Of a stretch of 64,000 nucleotides of DNA, positions 1-13,700 are shown piece by piece. The DNA is from Pecten maximus (taxonomy: Eukaryota). Location of the stretch: contig NC_047024.1 of NCBI RefSeq assembly GCF_902652985.1, positions 16,864,001 through 16,928,000 of the forward strand, written 5' to 3'. Positions within the stretch are counted from its first letter, which is position 1. Each line of letters opens with the position of its first letter. The translations under genes and the position numbers were made by a program. The notes beneath the pieces are model-generated. The model was not told the DNA's origin. It did not search any database and worked only from the letters and a program-made list of their open reading frames with translations.

Positions 1-160
1 TGTACAAATGGACCGCTTTTACGACCCTGACATTCCTGATCCTACAGCCAAATTTGAGGCTATAGAGAAATATGAATGGGCAATAACTGATAACTCTGTC
101 CGCGGCAAGATCTTCACAAAATGGACAGATCTCACCACATTCACGATTGGCACGAGCAAG
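1..160 (+). CDS. FN3-repeat gene exon 1 in window (partial)
   Basis: Frame 2: VQMDRFYDPDIPDPTAKFEAIEKYEWAITDNS...GTSK; donor aag|gtatag, phase 0. Confidence 0.8.
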
Positions 161-3100
161 GTATAGACTCTGATTGAAATCTTAATAAAAAAAACAATTC
201 TTGTTCTTCAAAATAATGGTATATGTTTATGCTATCTACAAAAGTGAAATTGACATATTGAAAAATATTACTATATTTGAAATGTGATCAGGAATTTATA
301 GAATCGTTGACACTCTTTTTTAAATCAATATCGTAATTCTGGATGATCGCAGACATATGCTAAATCTAGAGTGAGGCAATTCTTGTAGAAATAATGTAAA
401 TGGTTATATATAGTATTAAAACAACATTGGTGTGCTGCAGCTTACCTTCGAACTGACGCTGACTGGTGTGATGGACTTCTCAAGATGTAAGCGTCTTTCT
501 GTCCGGGGCTACAACAAAGCTAAGTTGTGGTCAGTGGTGTCCAGCGAGATCCTCGATTGCAAAGCCTTTGATCCAATACTCATCAAACCAAACACACTGA
601 TAGATGTGGTGGGGGAGCAGAAATATGATGAGAGTAAGTGTCCCTGGTGATGTAATAAATGACATCTGTATTCAATTCATTAGCTGCATTTGGTCAAGAT
701 CCATTGCACATTGTCTATTATATAGATCATAAACTTCTACTGTACATTGAGCTTTGAATAACCCATTAGGACAATTTAGCATATTTCAACTGGTCTGTAA
801 TATTATTGACAGATTGGTGAAGATTATAGATCAAGGGTCACATGTAAATGCCTGAAACGTATTAGTTGTATATAGCAATAGCTTATACACTCATATCTAT
901 TTCTGGTTTTAAGCCAATCATGTAATCCAAAATTAATATATTTACCTGCAAATAGTTTTTCCCCACAAATAAGTATCCTTCATTATTTTTGCAAAATCAT
1001 CCATTTTAGAATAGTGTATGCTTAAAGCTCTCCCAAAATTTCAAATAAACTAGGGAAGGGGCTTATTTGAGGGTAAATAAAGTATGATGTATTAATTATT
1101 GTGAAGATTTATTGAATGAAGAAAAGTTAATAGATGTTATAGTTAGAATACTGAGAGTACTGTAGTGTTACAACTTTCAAAAATTAAGAGGTTTTTTTTG
1201 TATATTGCCATATTAAGATTAGATTATAGAAATATTAACCATGGATATATAGTTATTTTGCATCCAAACCTGAAGCAGACATTGTCCATTCTTCCATTAA
1301 GAGCTGAAATTAGAATTCCTATTTCACATGAATCATTTATATCATAACTGTAGTAAATTATACATATATGTTATTACATCACAGTACAACTACGACAGGA
1401 AATTCAAATCTTTAGTACGCTGATACAATTCTCACTTACCATTTTATGACATTCTTTCTGTTAGCCAAATCCTTGTTTCCAATTATATACAACAAATCCT
1501 GATCGGAGATTCCTTCGAAGCTTTCTGACTTCGAATACCAACTACCACAACAAGCTAAAGATACTGTTTGCAAATCACGATCGGAAATAGTTTATTTGCA
1601 TCTACATAGAGAGTAAAGTAACTTTGAACTATTTATTACTCGGCTAAAATGAACACTGCAGACGATAGTCAGGGGGATTTCTAGGCGTACAGAAAAGTCG
1701 AGATGTCATTGATTCCAAGTGTGTTTTGGGGATTATGTAATAAAACAAGTATATCATGGTAGTCTACAATAGTCCAGAATTTTTTAACCTCGGTACTGGT
1801 AATAGAACGATGTTCTTCTTTCTCATTTTAAACTAACACAAGTAGGTTTATATGTACCTTGGCCAATATGAAACTGGCCTGTACTGGTTTAAACACAGTT
1901 ATGATACCTTGATTTTCTTAGTTATGAATAGTTTGCGGAATATTATGATACTTAACAAAAATAATATCAATATAATTGCAGGTTTGCCATCATAGGTATC
2001 ACATACATGAACATTATCATGTTGGCTAGTTTACCTAAATTTATGAAAGTGTCAGGGGTAAAACTGACTTTAATTTCATATTCTCTAAGAATGCAATAGC
2101 ATTAGCTATCCACACCTCTTCTAATATTTAGCACTATAAACTAAATTACGACTAATTGCAGCTGGTGCCCTGAAGAATGGCTATGGTGAAGAAATCTTCC
2201 TCCAGCAGAATGCCTTGTGGGAGATTAGCGATGTGGACTACACTCCCTACTCAAATATCCTCTCTGCAGTTTGGCCTGATCTGAGACACAGAAATTACAC
2301 CTTTGCTGTACTGAAAGGCGTAGCAGTAGATGCAACAACGTATTACCTCCCTACAAATGTTCTCACTTTGCCTGACCCTTGTTCACATCCTGACAGTATC
2401 CAATGTGGCCAAACAGGTATTCTATATCCAAGCATCCCTTGCAAACATAAGTGTGCAGCAATATAGGTGCAATAAACCCCGGTAGTAGCTAGCCCCCCTA
2501 CACTTGAGCTTGTAGCAGTATACCCCAGTTGTGACCCAACCCCGTACATATGAGTGTGTAGCAGTATATCCCGGTAGTGGCTCGCCCCCAACATATTAAT
2601 AAGTAGCAGTATATCCCGGTAGTGGCTCGTCCCCTACATATTAATACGTAGCAGTACAACCCGGTAGTGGCTCGCCCCCAACATATTAATAAGTAGCAGT
2701 ATATCCCGGTAGTGGCTCGTCCCCTACATATTAATACGTAGCAGTACAACCCGGTAGTGGCTCATCCCCTACATATTAATAAGTAGCAGTATATCCCGGT
2801 AGTGGCTCGTCCCCTACATATTAATACGTAGCAGTATATCCCGGTAGTGGCTCGTCCCCTACATATTAATAAGTAGCAGTATATCCCGGTAGTGGCTCGT
2901 CCCCTACATATTAATAAGTAGCAGTATATCCCGGTAGTGGCTCGTCCCCTACATATTAATAAGTAGCAGTATATCCCGGTAGTGGCTCGCCCCCAACATA
3001 TTAATAAGTAGCAGTATATCCCGGTAGTGGCTCGTCCCCTACATATTAATAAGTAGCAGTATATCCCGGTAGTGGCTCGCCCCGAACATATTAATACGTA

Positions 3101-4736
3101 GCAGTATATCCCGGTAGTGGCTCGTCCCCTACATATTAATAAGTAGCAGTATATCCCGGTAGTGGCTCGTCCCCTACATATTAATAAGTAGCAGTATATC
3201 CCGGTAGTGGCTCGTCCCCTACATATTAATAAGTAGCAGTATATCCCGGTAGTGGCTCGCCCCCAACATATTAATAAGTAGCAGTATATCCCGGTAGTGG
3301 CTCGCCCCCAACATATTAATAAGTAGCAGTATATCCCGGTAGTGGCTCGTCCCCTACATATTAATAAGTAGCAGTACAACCCGGTAGTTGCTCGGCCCCA
3401 ACATATTAATAAGTAGCAGTACAACCCGGTAGTGGCTCGGCCTCCTCATATTAGTGTGTAGCAGTATATCCCGGTAGTGGCTCGCCCCCTACATATTAAT
3501 AAGTAGCAGTATATCCCGGTAGTGGCTCGCCCCCTACATATTAGTGTGTAGCAGTACAACCCGGTAGTGGCTCGGCCTCCTCATATTAGTGTGTAGCAGT
3601 ACACCGACGTAGTGGCTCGCCCCCTACATATTAGTGTGCTGCAGTATATAACCCGGTTGCGTCTCGCCCCCATCATATTAATGAATACAGGTATACCCAA
3701 GTAATGGCTCCCCCCCCCCCCCCCCCCCCCCCCCCTACATATTACTGTGTAACAGTATATCCCGTACTGGCCAACCCCTTTCATATAGGTGTGTAGCAGT
3801 GTACATGGTAGTGGCCCCAACCATTACATATTAATATGTAGCAATATACCCCGGTAGGGGCTCGCACTCCTTTTATCAATGTGCAGCAGTATACCCCGAT
3901 AGTGGCCAGCCCTCCTTATATCAATGTGCAGCAGTATACCCCGGTAGTGGCTCGCCCTCCTTATATCAATGACTAGCAGTATACCCCCGATAGTGGCTCG
4001 CCCTCCTTATATCAATGAGTACCAGTATACCCCGGTAGTGGCTCGCCCTCCTTATATCAATGTGCAGCAGTATACCCCGGTAGTGGCCAGCCCTCCTTTT
4101 ATCAATGTGCAGCAGTATACCCCGATAGTGACCAGCCCTCCTTATATCAATGTGCAGCAGTATACCCCGATAGTGGCCAGCCCTCCTTATATCAATGTGC
4201 AGCAGTATACCCCGGTAGTGACTCGCCCTCCTTTTATCAATGTGCAGCAGTATACCCCGGTAGGGGCTCGCCCTCCTTTTATCAATGTGCAGCAGTATAC
4301 CCCGATAGTGGCCAGCCCTCCTTATATCAATGTGCAGCAGTATACCCCCGAAGTGGCCCGCCCTCCTTATATCAATGTGCAGCAGTATACCCCGGTAGTG
4401 GCTCGCCCTCCTTATATCAATGTGCAGCAGTATACCCCGGTAGTGGCTCGCCCTCCTTATATCAATGTGCAGCAGTATACCCCGGTAGTGGCTCGCCCTC
4501 CTTATATCAATGTGCAGCAGTATACCCCGGTAGTGGCTCGCCCTTCTTATATCAATGTGCAGCAGTATACCCCGGTAGTGGCTCGCCCTCCTTATATCAA
4601 TGTGCAGCAGTATACCCCGGTAGTGGCGCATCCCCTACACATTCTAATGTAGATCAGTATACCCCGGTACCCGGTAGTGGCCTACCCCCTACATATTAAA
4701 GTGTAGCAGTATGACCCAGTAGTGGAAATAGCTCGA

Positions 4737-4768
<32 letters not shown>

Positions 4769-7700
4769 TATTTTTTATAGCAGTTTACCTCGTTAGTGTC
4801 TCCGACCCCCCCCCCCCCCCCCCCCCCATTTTAATGTGTACGAATATACTCCGGAGAGTAGTCCCTCACCACCTATATATATATATATATTAGTATGTTG
4901 CAGTATACCAGGGTAATTACTTAATGGCTTTCCCACATTTTAGTATGTCGTTCAAAATGGCGCAGCTATATCAGCACCACCATTTTGGCTCCCAGTATAG
5001 CAACTCCAATATTTCCATTGCCTATATTGCTCAATACCCAGTTATGATAGAATCAAATACTCTTCATAGATGGAATGGTCCTCAGTTGTTTTGTTTTCCT
5101 GGGGTGTTGAAGATAATAGAAATAATAGAAATTGTACATCAGTGGCTTATGGTGAAGCATTGAGTTTCTGCATATACGACGTTTTGCCCTTTTTCCCGGC
5201 AGGTTATTGGTTATTGGTATAGACAAAGGACACCACGCATTGACATACGCTCTCTTGTCCTTAAATTGTTTATAATCCCAAATTCGAGACAGTGTTATGA
5301 TGTGTCATCACGATGGAGCTGGAATCAATATCAAAGAAGATTGAATTGATGTTAATCCGAATTACATGTATATCACTATGTTTTATAGGACATCAGGTTA
5401 ACTGAAATATCTTGTCTTTGTAGATAAGGAATATGTGAATGTCAAGTTTGGTTCTGGCGAGCTTGAGCATGGATCAAGATATATCGTATGTCTACACGCT
5501 GATAGTACTGTCATACAGCAGGAAACCTGGACCCAGATACTGGAGGCTGTCAGTGTGTGTAGTGATGGTGTGGTGGTGGACCTGACCCCGCCGTCTGCTG
5601 GTAGTGTGTGGATTGGACATGTCCCTGGCAGTATGTACCAGGTAATTATATGCACAAATGGGTCATTTGATTGTAATTGCGAAAACAATCTCCATTTTAA
5701 TACCTATTAATATAATAGAATCAGATACTGAGTCTTAAAACGTACATCACACCCAGCCAGGTTCCAAATTATGTCCGGTAAAATCAGGCTCCCACTACGT
5801 CCAACCAAATCCTGAAAAATCAGGTTCCCTCTACATCAGACTACGTCAAGTAAAATCAGGTTCCCACTTCATCCAACCATGTCCAGTAAAATCATGTTCC
5901 CATTACAGCCATAACCAATTATTAATGAGGAGTTTATTGATACAGTAGAAGCATAGCACAGAGAGGATGGTTATTTTGTTCTCAGTGTATTGTCGCTGCT
6001 TTTTACTACTTCTTAAAGTTCTCAGAATGACTTCTCTACGTCTACCACATAAAGTTGTCAATACGTTCAGGTAGTGCTTATTATGTTTACAATAAGTCAG
6101 CAGCTGGTTCCACAACCATATGTCTATGATGAAACATTCATATTCTAGGAAGGAGACAACCTCATCTAATTTGGTTGTGCCCTCGGTTTTATGATAAGTA
6201 TAGGTCAAACTGGTCTAAGTTTACTGTGCCCTTGGCTTTTTGATAAGAAGAATAAGACAGCCGGGTCTATGTTTAGTGTGCCCTTGGCTTTCTGATAAGT
6301 ATAAGAAGACGACATAGTCTAAGATTGCTGTGCCCTTGGCTTTTTGATACTTAGAGGAAGACAACCTAATCTTGGTGAATTTTACTTTAAAACCCTACTC
6401 CTCCTTAACCATTGAGTGGATTACATTCAAATTCGTTATGAAACATTATTGGGAAAGGCTGTCATATTTTTAGCTCACCTGGTCCGAAGGTGTGACATTC
6501 AAATTTGGTGTAAAAAATCATTGGTCTAGGATGATCATTTTTTAATAAATGAGGCTGATGTAACCCTTCGGCCCAAAAGGGGAACTTCAGTGATTTTTTT
6601 TTAAACTCTACTCCTCCTTAATGCCTTGATATTTAGTATGAAACATCATTGAGGAAGGCCAATCATAATTGATATAAATGATGCTGCTCCAACCCAGAGG
6701 GAGAAAGGAACATTGCTTGTAAATTGGAATTAGCTGAAATCTTGCTTTAAAATGCTACTCCTCCTTAATGCCTTTATGGACTAAATCCAGATTAAGTCAG
6801 AAGCATAATTAGAGGCGGGCAATCATAATTTATATAAATGAGGCTTGTCGGACCCCTGGAGACAGAGTGTTGATCAGGCTCCAAAACAGTAACTTGGCTG
6901 AAATGTAAATGCTACTTTTCTTCCAAGTCAAAATGGGAAAAAAAATTATCTGAAACAATACTGGCTGTGATGAAGGGGTTTGAAGTTTTCTTTACTCCTA
7001 TACTTTCATAAATTGAAGGCTTGAAAAAAATGGTTAAATGCTTTGGATATCTTACTGTTAACAACCCCACAGGGATGATGATTGGAGCATATCTATGAAT
7101 ATATCTTCGCTTACGTTTTAAAGACAAAAGCCATCTGTACATAAGAACTCAGGTGAGTGTTAAAATAAAAAACAACCTGGGTGTTTTGTTGCATTTGTGT
7201 AATTGTTTTATTGCAGGGTATGATGCAAGAATCCAGATATGACTTAAATTCATTATCACTGAGACTCATTTCAGGAAAAAGCCCATAAATTCCTATCAAA
7301 ATGGCTGGCATTCATATATTCTTTTGCTTGCAGACAACACTGACAGATATTTATGTGAACTGGGAAACGTTTGTAGATGTAGAGGAACTCGGCACCACAC
7401 CACATTCTACAGGCATCCAGGCTTACAATGTTAGCATAGGTAAGGACCTCATATTAACTTTAAGCTTTAACTATAGATATTCATAAGTAATATCTGAGAC
7501 ATGCGGGTCTTACGGCGCATACTTTGTGAATAATATCATATTAATCATAGACCATATTTATAGATGTGCATATGATACCAGACATATGGTATTGTTAACT
7601 TTGGTAAGGATATCATATTAATTATATACCAAATTCATAGGTTTGTTTAGTCAACTGACCTGATTTGTCAGGATGACTTATAGTTATCGTGCTTCTTCCG

Positions 7701-10700
7701 TAATCATGCATCGTGTGTCTTCCGCCGTGCATAAACGTTTTACATTTCAATCATCTTCTGATGTTTCACTGGTGTGGTTAAGGAAAAGCTTACATGGAAT
7801 GACCCTGAGGTCGTACTGACCTGGTGTTGATATCTTTCAGCTCAGTCCAAAATCTAAGATGGTCCCCATGGCAACCATCTTGAAAGACTCATTTTAAACT
7901 TTTCCAATCCCAGGCCTCTTGTTAGTAATACAAGACATACGATCTTACAGCGTTTTAAGGATATGATATTAAATCATAGACCATATTTATAGAATTGTAA
8001 TAAATACCTGAGACATGTGGTAGCGTATAAGGATATCATATTATTTATAATTAATTATAGACCATTAAGCACAGAAATCAACTTGTTTACAGGGACAACT
8101 GCAGGGGGTAATGATATGGTAGACTTTACTGATGTAGGAACAGCCAACCATGTTGCTTTTCACAGCCTACAACTCCAGAATGGCCACACCTACTATGCTA
8201 CGGTAACAGGTATCTACGCCTTAGTATATTTATATATACATATACACCTCTCAGTATCTTCATATATATATATTAATAATAATATAAAAAACAAACAAGA
8301 AAATCACAAGCGATTTCACATGCTTTGAGAGCAAGCTCTTCAGGTGTAATATATATATATGAATACAACTTTCAGTATCTCCATATATATTAATTAATGC
8401 TTATAATTTTCCACAGTTGATGAATATACTTGCTTTACATTAATGTTATAAAAAAGGATTGGCTGGGAAATTGACTTGTATCTGATCTTTGTTCAGTAAA
8501 AAAAATCCTATAAAATATGGGTTTTTTTCAAAATACAACAATTTCTAGGCAAGAATTTTGTTTTTGAACACTTTTTTTCAGTTGTTTATCAGTAAATTGT
8601 CACAATATTGAATTGAAAATCATTCTAGATTATATTTGTTTTATTTTAATCTGTTAATCTTTCACTGTAGCTATGGACTTTGCTGGGAGGACAACTACAA
8701 AGACAAGTCCTGGTGTTATTGTTGATGTGACTCCACCCCTGAAAAGTGACAAGCCAATCGTAATTGATCGACACTTCAGCTCTCGTACTGGAGTAGGGGC
8801 CTGGTGGGATATTTTTTTCGTGCTTTTCTTTTATCATTTCCATTGTTAATATAATTACAATTACACAAGATATATCAGTATGTTACCTATATTAGCCAAA
8901 TATATATTTACAATAACAAAAGACGTATCAGCATGTTACCTATATTAACCAAATATATAATTACAATTGCAATAGATATATCAGCATGTTACCTATATTA
9001 ACCAAATATATAATTACAATTGCAATAGATATATCAGTATGTTACCTATATTAACCAAATATTTTTCATGTGTATTTACAGCTGGATGGAAGTTTTCAGT
9101 GACCATGAAAGTGGGATACAAAAGTACATGTGGGCTATAGGTTCAGAACCCGGCTACGATGATATTCTATCATACACAGATGTTGGAGATATTGTATGTG
9201 CTGTCCAGGATGAAACTATTGTCCTGGAATTCCATGAAGGACATGCCTACTACATAACAATCAGGGTAAGGCTACTAGGGGTGGGTGGTATTATTGAAAA
9301 ATCAGTATGTTGCAATACGGCTAGTTCAATACAATATACACAAACGTTAGTCAATGTATCAATATAACTTGACAACCATTTTGTTGTCTGTTTACATGGT
9401 AAAAACAACGAGAAATGAGATTTATAAGGTCATCTGATATTTCAATAGACATGAACTATGTCTGGTACAGATATCATTCTATTTATCCAATAACCACGCT
9501 TGTTTCACAACTGATATGGCACGTGATAAAATGCGTAGCAGTGTGTTATTGTTTTTGTTTACACACCGCAGTGTGTAACCACTTTTTAAGCATCCGATTG
9601 GTCATTTGTGACCTCCAACGAATCTGATTGGCTAACCTCTGGCCTTTGACCACGGACTATTTTTACTACTCTCACTTATCTTCTCTTTTTTTTGCCGTCT
9701 GTCTTCAAAAGATCAGCATGGACACGTTTTGTTGATTTTTTGGTGCTCAACATTAGCATATTAAACTGGGTGAGAGGGGTTCCCGGGTGTCCTCATGGAA
9801 ATGTCGATTAATCTGGGGTTTGAGTCGTACGAAATATAATTTGATGGTAAAATAGACGACGGAAGCGAGATATTGCATCGATTGTAGGCCTACAAGTAGC
9901 GAATGAAAACGAACAAATGTTATACAAAATGGTTAAATCGCTGCCTCTAAATCGTAGTCATTTGAAGGACCGATAATTGAATCTGAAAATGATTAGTCTA
10001 ATATTAGAGCGGTGACGTTAAACTTCGCAATGACGGTGTCGTCTTCGAATAATTCGAGCGGAGTTATTTAAACAAGTTACCTATTAATAAATTACACCAC
10101 AGATACAAGGACTTTCAAACTTATATTTCGTTTTGTAAAATAATATCATTTACAAATATAGTACAGAAGATATGAGTCGTGCATCTAAAATAGATGATAA
10201 GCTTTCGTTCATAACGACCTATATTTTGTCCCGTAGTGATTTGGGAGAATTTGAACTTGACATGCTTACATTTGTAAGTAAAGAAGTTATGGGATAAACA
10301 AGTTTTCCTACTCGTGACGATTGTTTATCATTTTTATCCAACTCGGGTTAGTTAATTTTCTAATTTTGAAAAGTTAAATTGGAAAATTAACTAACTCGAG
10401 TTGGATAAAAATAATAAACAATCTCCACTCGTTGGGGAACCTCTATATATACATATTTCAATAGACATGAACAATGGCTGATACAGATATCTGACGTAAT
10501 TCAATAGACATGAACTATTGAATGTATACATCTACATATATCTGTTTGGACGTATTGTAATAGCCTTGAACTATAGCTGGTACAGATATCTGTTTAGACG
10601 TATTGCCATAGCCTTGAGCTATAGCTGGTACATATATCTGTTTAGACGCATTGTAATAGCCTTGAACTATAGCTGGTACATATATCTGTTTAGACGTATT

Positions 10701-13700
10701 GCCATAGCCTTGAGCTATAGCTGGTACATATATCTGTTCAGACGTATTGTAATAGCCTCGAGCTATAGCTGGTACATATATCTGTTTAGACGTATTGTAA
10801 TAGCCTTGAGCTATAGATGGTACATATATCTGTTTGGACGTATTGTAATAGCCTTGAAATATAGCTGGTACAATATATATGTTCAGACGTATTGTAATAG
10901 CCTTGAGCTATAGCTGGTACATATATCTGTTCAGACGTATTGTAATAGCCTTGAGCTATAGCTGGTACATATATCTGTTTAGACGTATTGCCATAGCCTT
11001 GAGCTATAGCTGGTACATATATCTGTTTAGACGTATTGCCATAGCCTTGAGCTATAGCTGGTACATATATCTGTTCAGACTATTGTAATAGCCTTGAACT
11101 ATAGCTGGTACATATATCTGTTCAGACGTATTGTAATAGCCTCGAGCTATAGCTGGTACATATATCTGTTTAGACGTATTGTAAAAGCCTTGAGCTATAC
11201 AGCTGGTACATATATCTGTTCAGACGTCATTATGACGACATAAACTAAAGCTGGTACAGATATCAGTTCTGACAAAAAAACAATAGCCGTGAGCTGGTAC
11301 TGATATTTATCCCATAACTACGCTTGTTTCACAACTGATATGGCACGTGATTAAATGCGTAGGAGTGTGTTATTGTGTTTGTTTACACACTGCAGTATGT
11401 AATCACTTTCTAAGCCTCCGATTGGTCATTTGTGACCTACAACAAATCTGATTGGCTAACCTCTGGCCTTTGACCACGGACTATTTTTTTTATTATTCTC
11501 ATTTTTTTGTCGTCTGTCTTCAAAAGAACAGCATGGACGCGTTTTGTGGATTTGTCGGTGCTCAACATTAGCATTACTGGGTTAAAGGGATGTCCTCATG
11601 GAAATGTCGATAAATCTGGGGTTTGATTCGTACGAAATATATAATTTGATGATGGTAAAATAGACGACGCGCGGAGGCGAGATATTACATCAATTATAGG
11701 CCTAGCGAACCAAAACTGACACCCTCCCCCCTTGATTTTAGATTGCAGTGGACCCCGATAGCCATGAATTAATTATCAAAACAATGAACAAATGTAATAC
11801 AAAATGGTTAAATCGCTGTCTTTAATCGAAGTCATTTGAATGAAACGGTCGCAGCATCTAACGTTAACTGTTAGGCAGCTCCCCTTTTAGTTGGGTGTCA
11901 TTCGGTACGGTTGTACCAGCAGAAAAAAAATCTACGAATAAACACTTTCTTATCATTCCACTTACCTTTATTACGAATATATTTATCCCAAACACAGAAA
12001 TGTAAAACTCATCTTGGAACATTTGTCTCATGTCAGTAAACTGACGAGATTTCGTATAAACACACTGACAAACGTAAACTACATAGGCCTATATTGCTCA
12101 ACACCCCAGCTCGGTTTCCGAAATATTTGTTGAAATGCACGATGTCTTGAATGAATAAATCTCAAAATGAACATTTAACATAACAATAACCAGTAACCAG
12201 TACCTACGAAATACAGGAAAGGACCGATAATTGAATCTGACAATGATTAGTCTAATATTCAGCGGTGACTTCGCGATGACGGTGTCATATAATATTTTGA
12301 GCGAAGTTATTTAAACACGTTACCTATTAAAACAATTACACAGACACAAGGACTGTTAAAAGCTCTGCTAAAGCTCGTGTCTTTTCAAAATTAGAAAATT
12401 AACTAACTCGAGTTGGATAAAAATGATAAACAATCTCCACTCGTTGGGGAACCTCTATATGTTTGAACATAAATCAATGGACGTGGGCTGTCGTGGCTTC
12501 AGATATTCGTTCAGTTATAAATCAATTGACATGAACTATGGCTGGTACAGATTTCTGTTCAGACGTAATTCAATATAAGTGAACTATGGTTGGTACATAC
12601 ATCTGTTTGCATATAGATAATTAGATTTGAGCTATAGCTTTTACAGATATCTGTTTAAACGTGTTTCAATATAACTGAATTATGAGTGGTACATATATAT
12701 GTTGAGACTTAATTCAATATAAGTGAACTATGGCTGGTACAGGCGTCTGTTCAGACATTAATCAATAGCTGTGAGTTACGGCTGGTACAGCTATTTGTTT
12801 AGACGTAACTCAATAAAAATGGCCAAAAGCTGGTACAGATATCTCTTCAGACTTATTTCAATGGACATGAACTATGGGTGGGACAGAGCATATCTGTTCA
12901 GCCATATAGTGATGAGCTTGGACGTTAGTTTAGGAATTATATGATCTTTTCCAGCCTTACAATGCAGCTGGACTTTATTCTCAAGCTTCTTCTTGGGCTA
13001 TAACGGTAGACTTATCTCCACCTGTCAAGGGCCATGTTTATGATGGTACAGAGGACAATCACCCCACCAACCAGTTGGATAGAGACTTTCAGACTGACAG
13101 GAGCTACATCGCTGCATTCTGGGAAGGTTTCTTTGATGCACACTCAAATATTGAAGAGTATTTTGTCAGTATCGGTACATGTCCTGGCTGTCAGGATGTA
13201 CTGGAGATGCAGGCTGTTGGTATTACAAATAGTAAGTATGTTAAGATAACCTTCAAATATAGTAATCACTTCTTGCAGCCATTCATGAGTATGTACTTAC
13301 ATTATATATGAAAACCCCTAGAGAAATGTAGTTCATATTTAGACGATAACATAACATTTGCATTATGATTACAGAGTTTGCACTGTCGATGAAGCACCTT
13401 GGTGTTGGCGTGACTTATTTTACCACGGTAACAGCTTGTAACACAGCCAAATTGTGTTCCTCTGCAACATCTGATGGTGTCATCCTAGACAACAGTCTTC
13501 CAACTGCAGGAGTGGTATATGACGGCACTACTTCATGGGACATCCACTACCAGGCCACACAGTTAGTCACTTGACATTAGTACTTGTATTGTTAAGGACC
13601 TGCAATTTAATTAAGAAATAATTAACGATGATTCGTGTATTGTTGCAGGATATACAACGAGGACGAGGATATTTTGCAATCAAATTAATAACGAAGGCAG

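Noticed and set aside
2498-4652. Long ORFs of 220-227 aa with 15-aa repeats
   Set aside because: They are translations of the 45-bp minisatellite, open on both strands and inside an intron.
7124-7216. Strong donor cag|gtgagt at 7152 and acceptor at 7216 suggesting an extra exon
   Set aside because: Candidate exons are 22 or 29 nt, break frame or contain TAA; exons 4 and 5 already join in phase.
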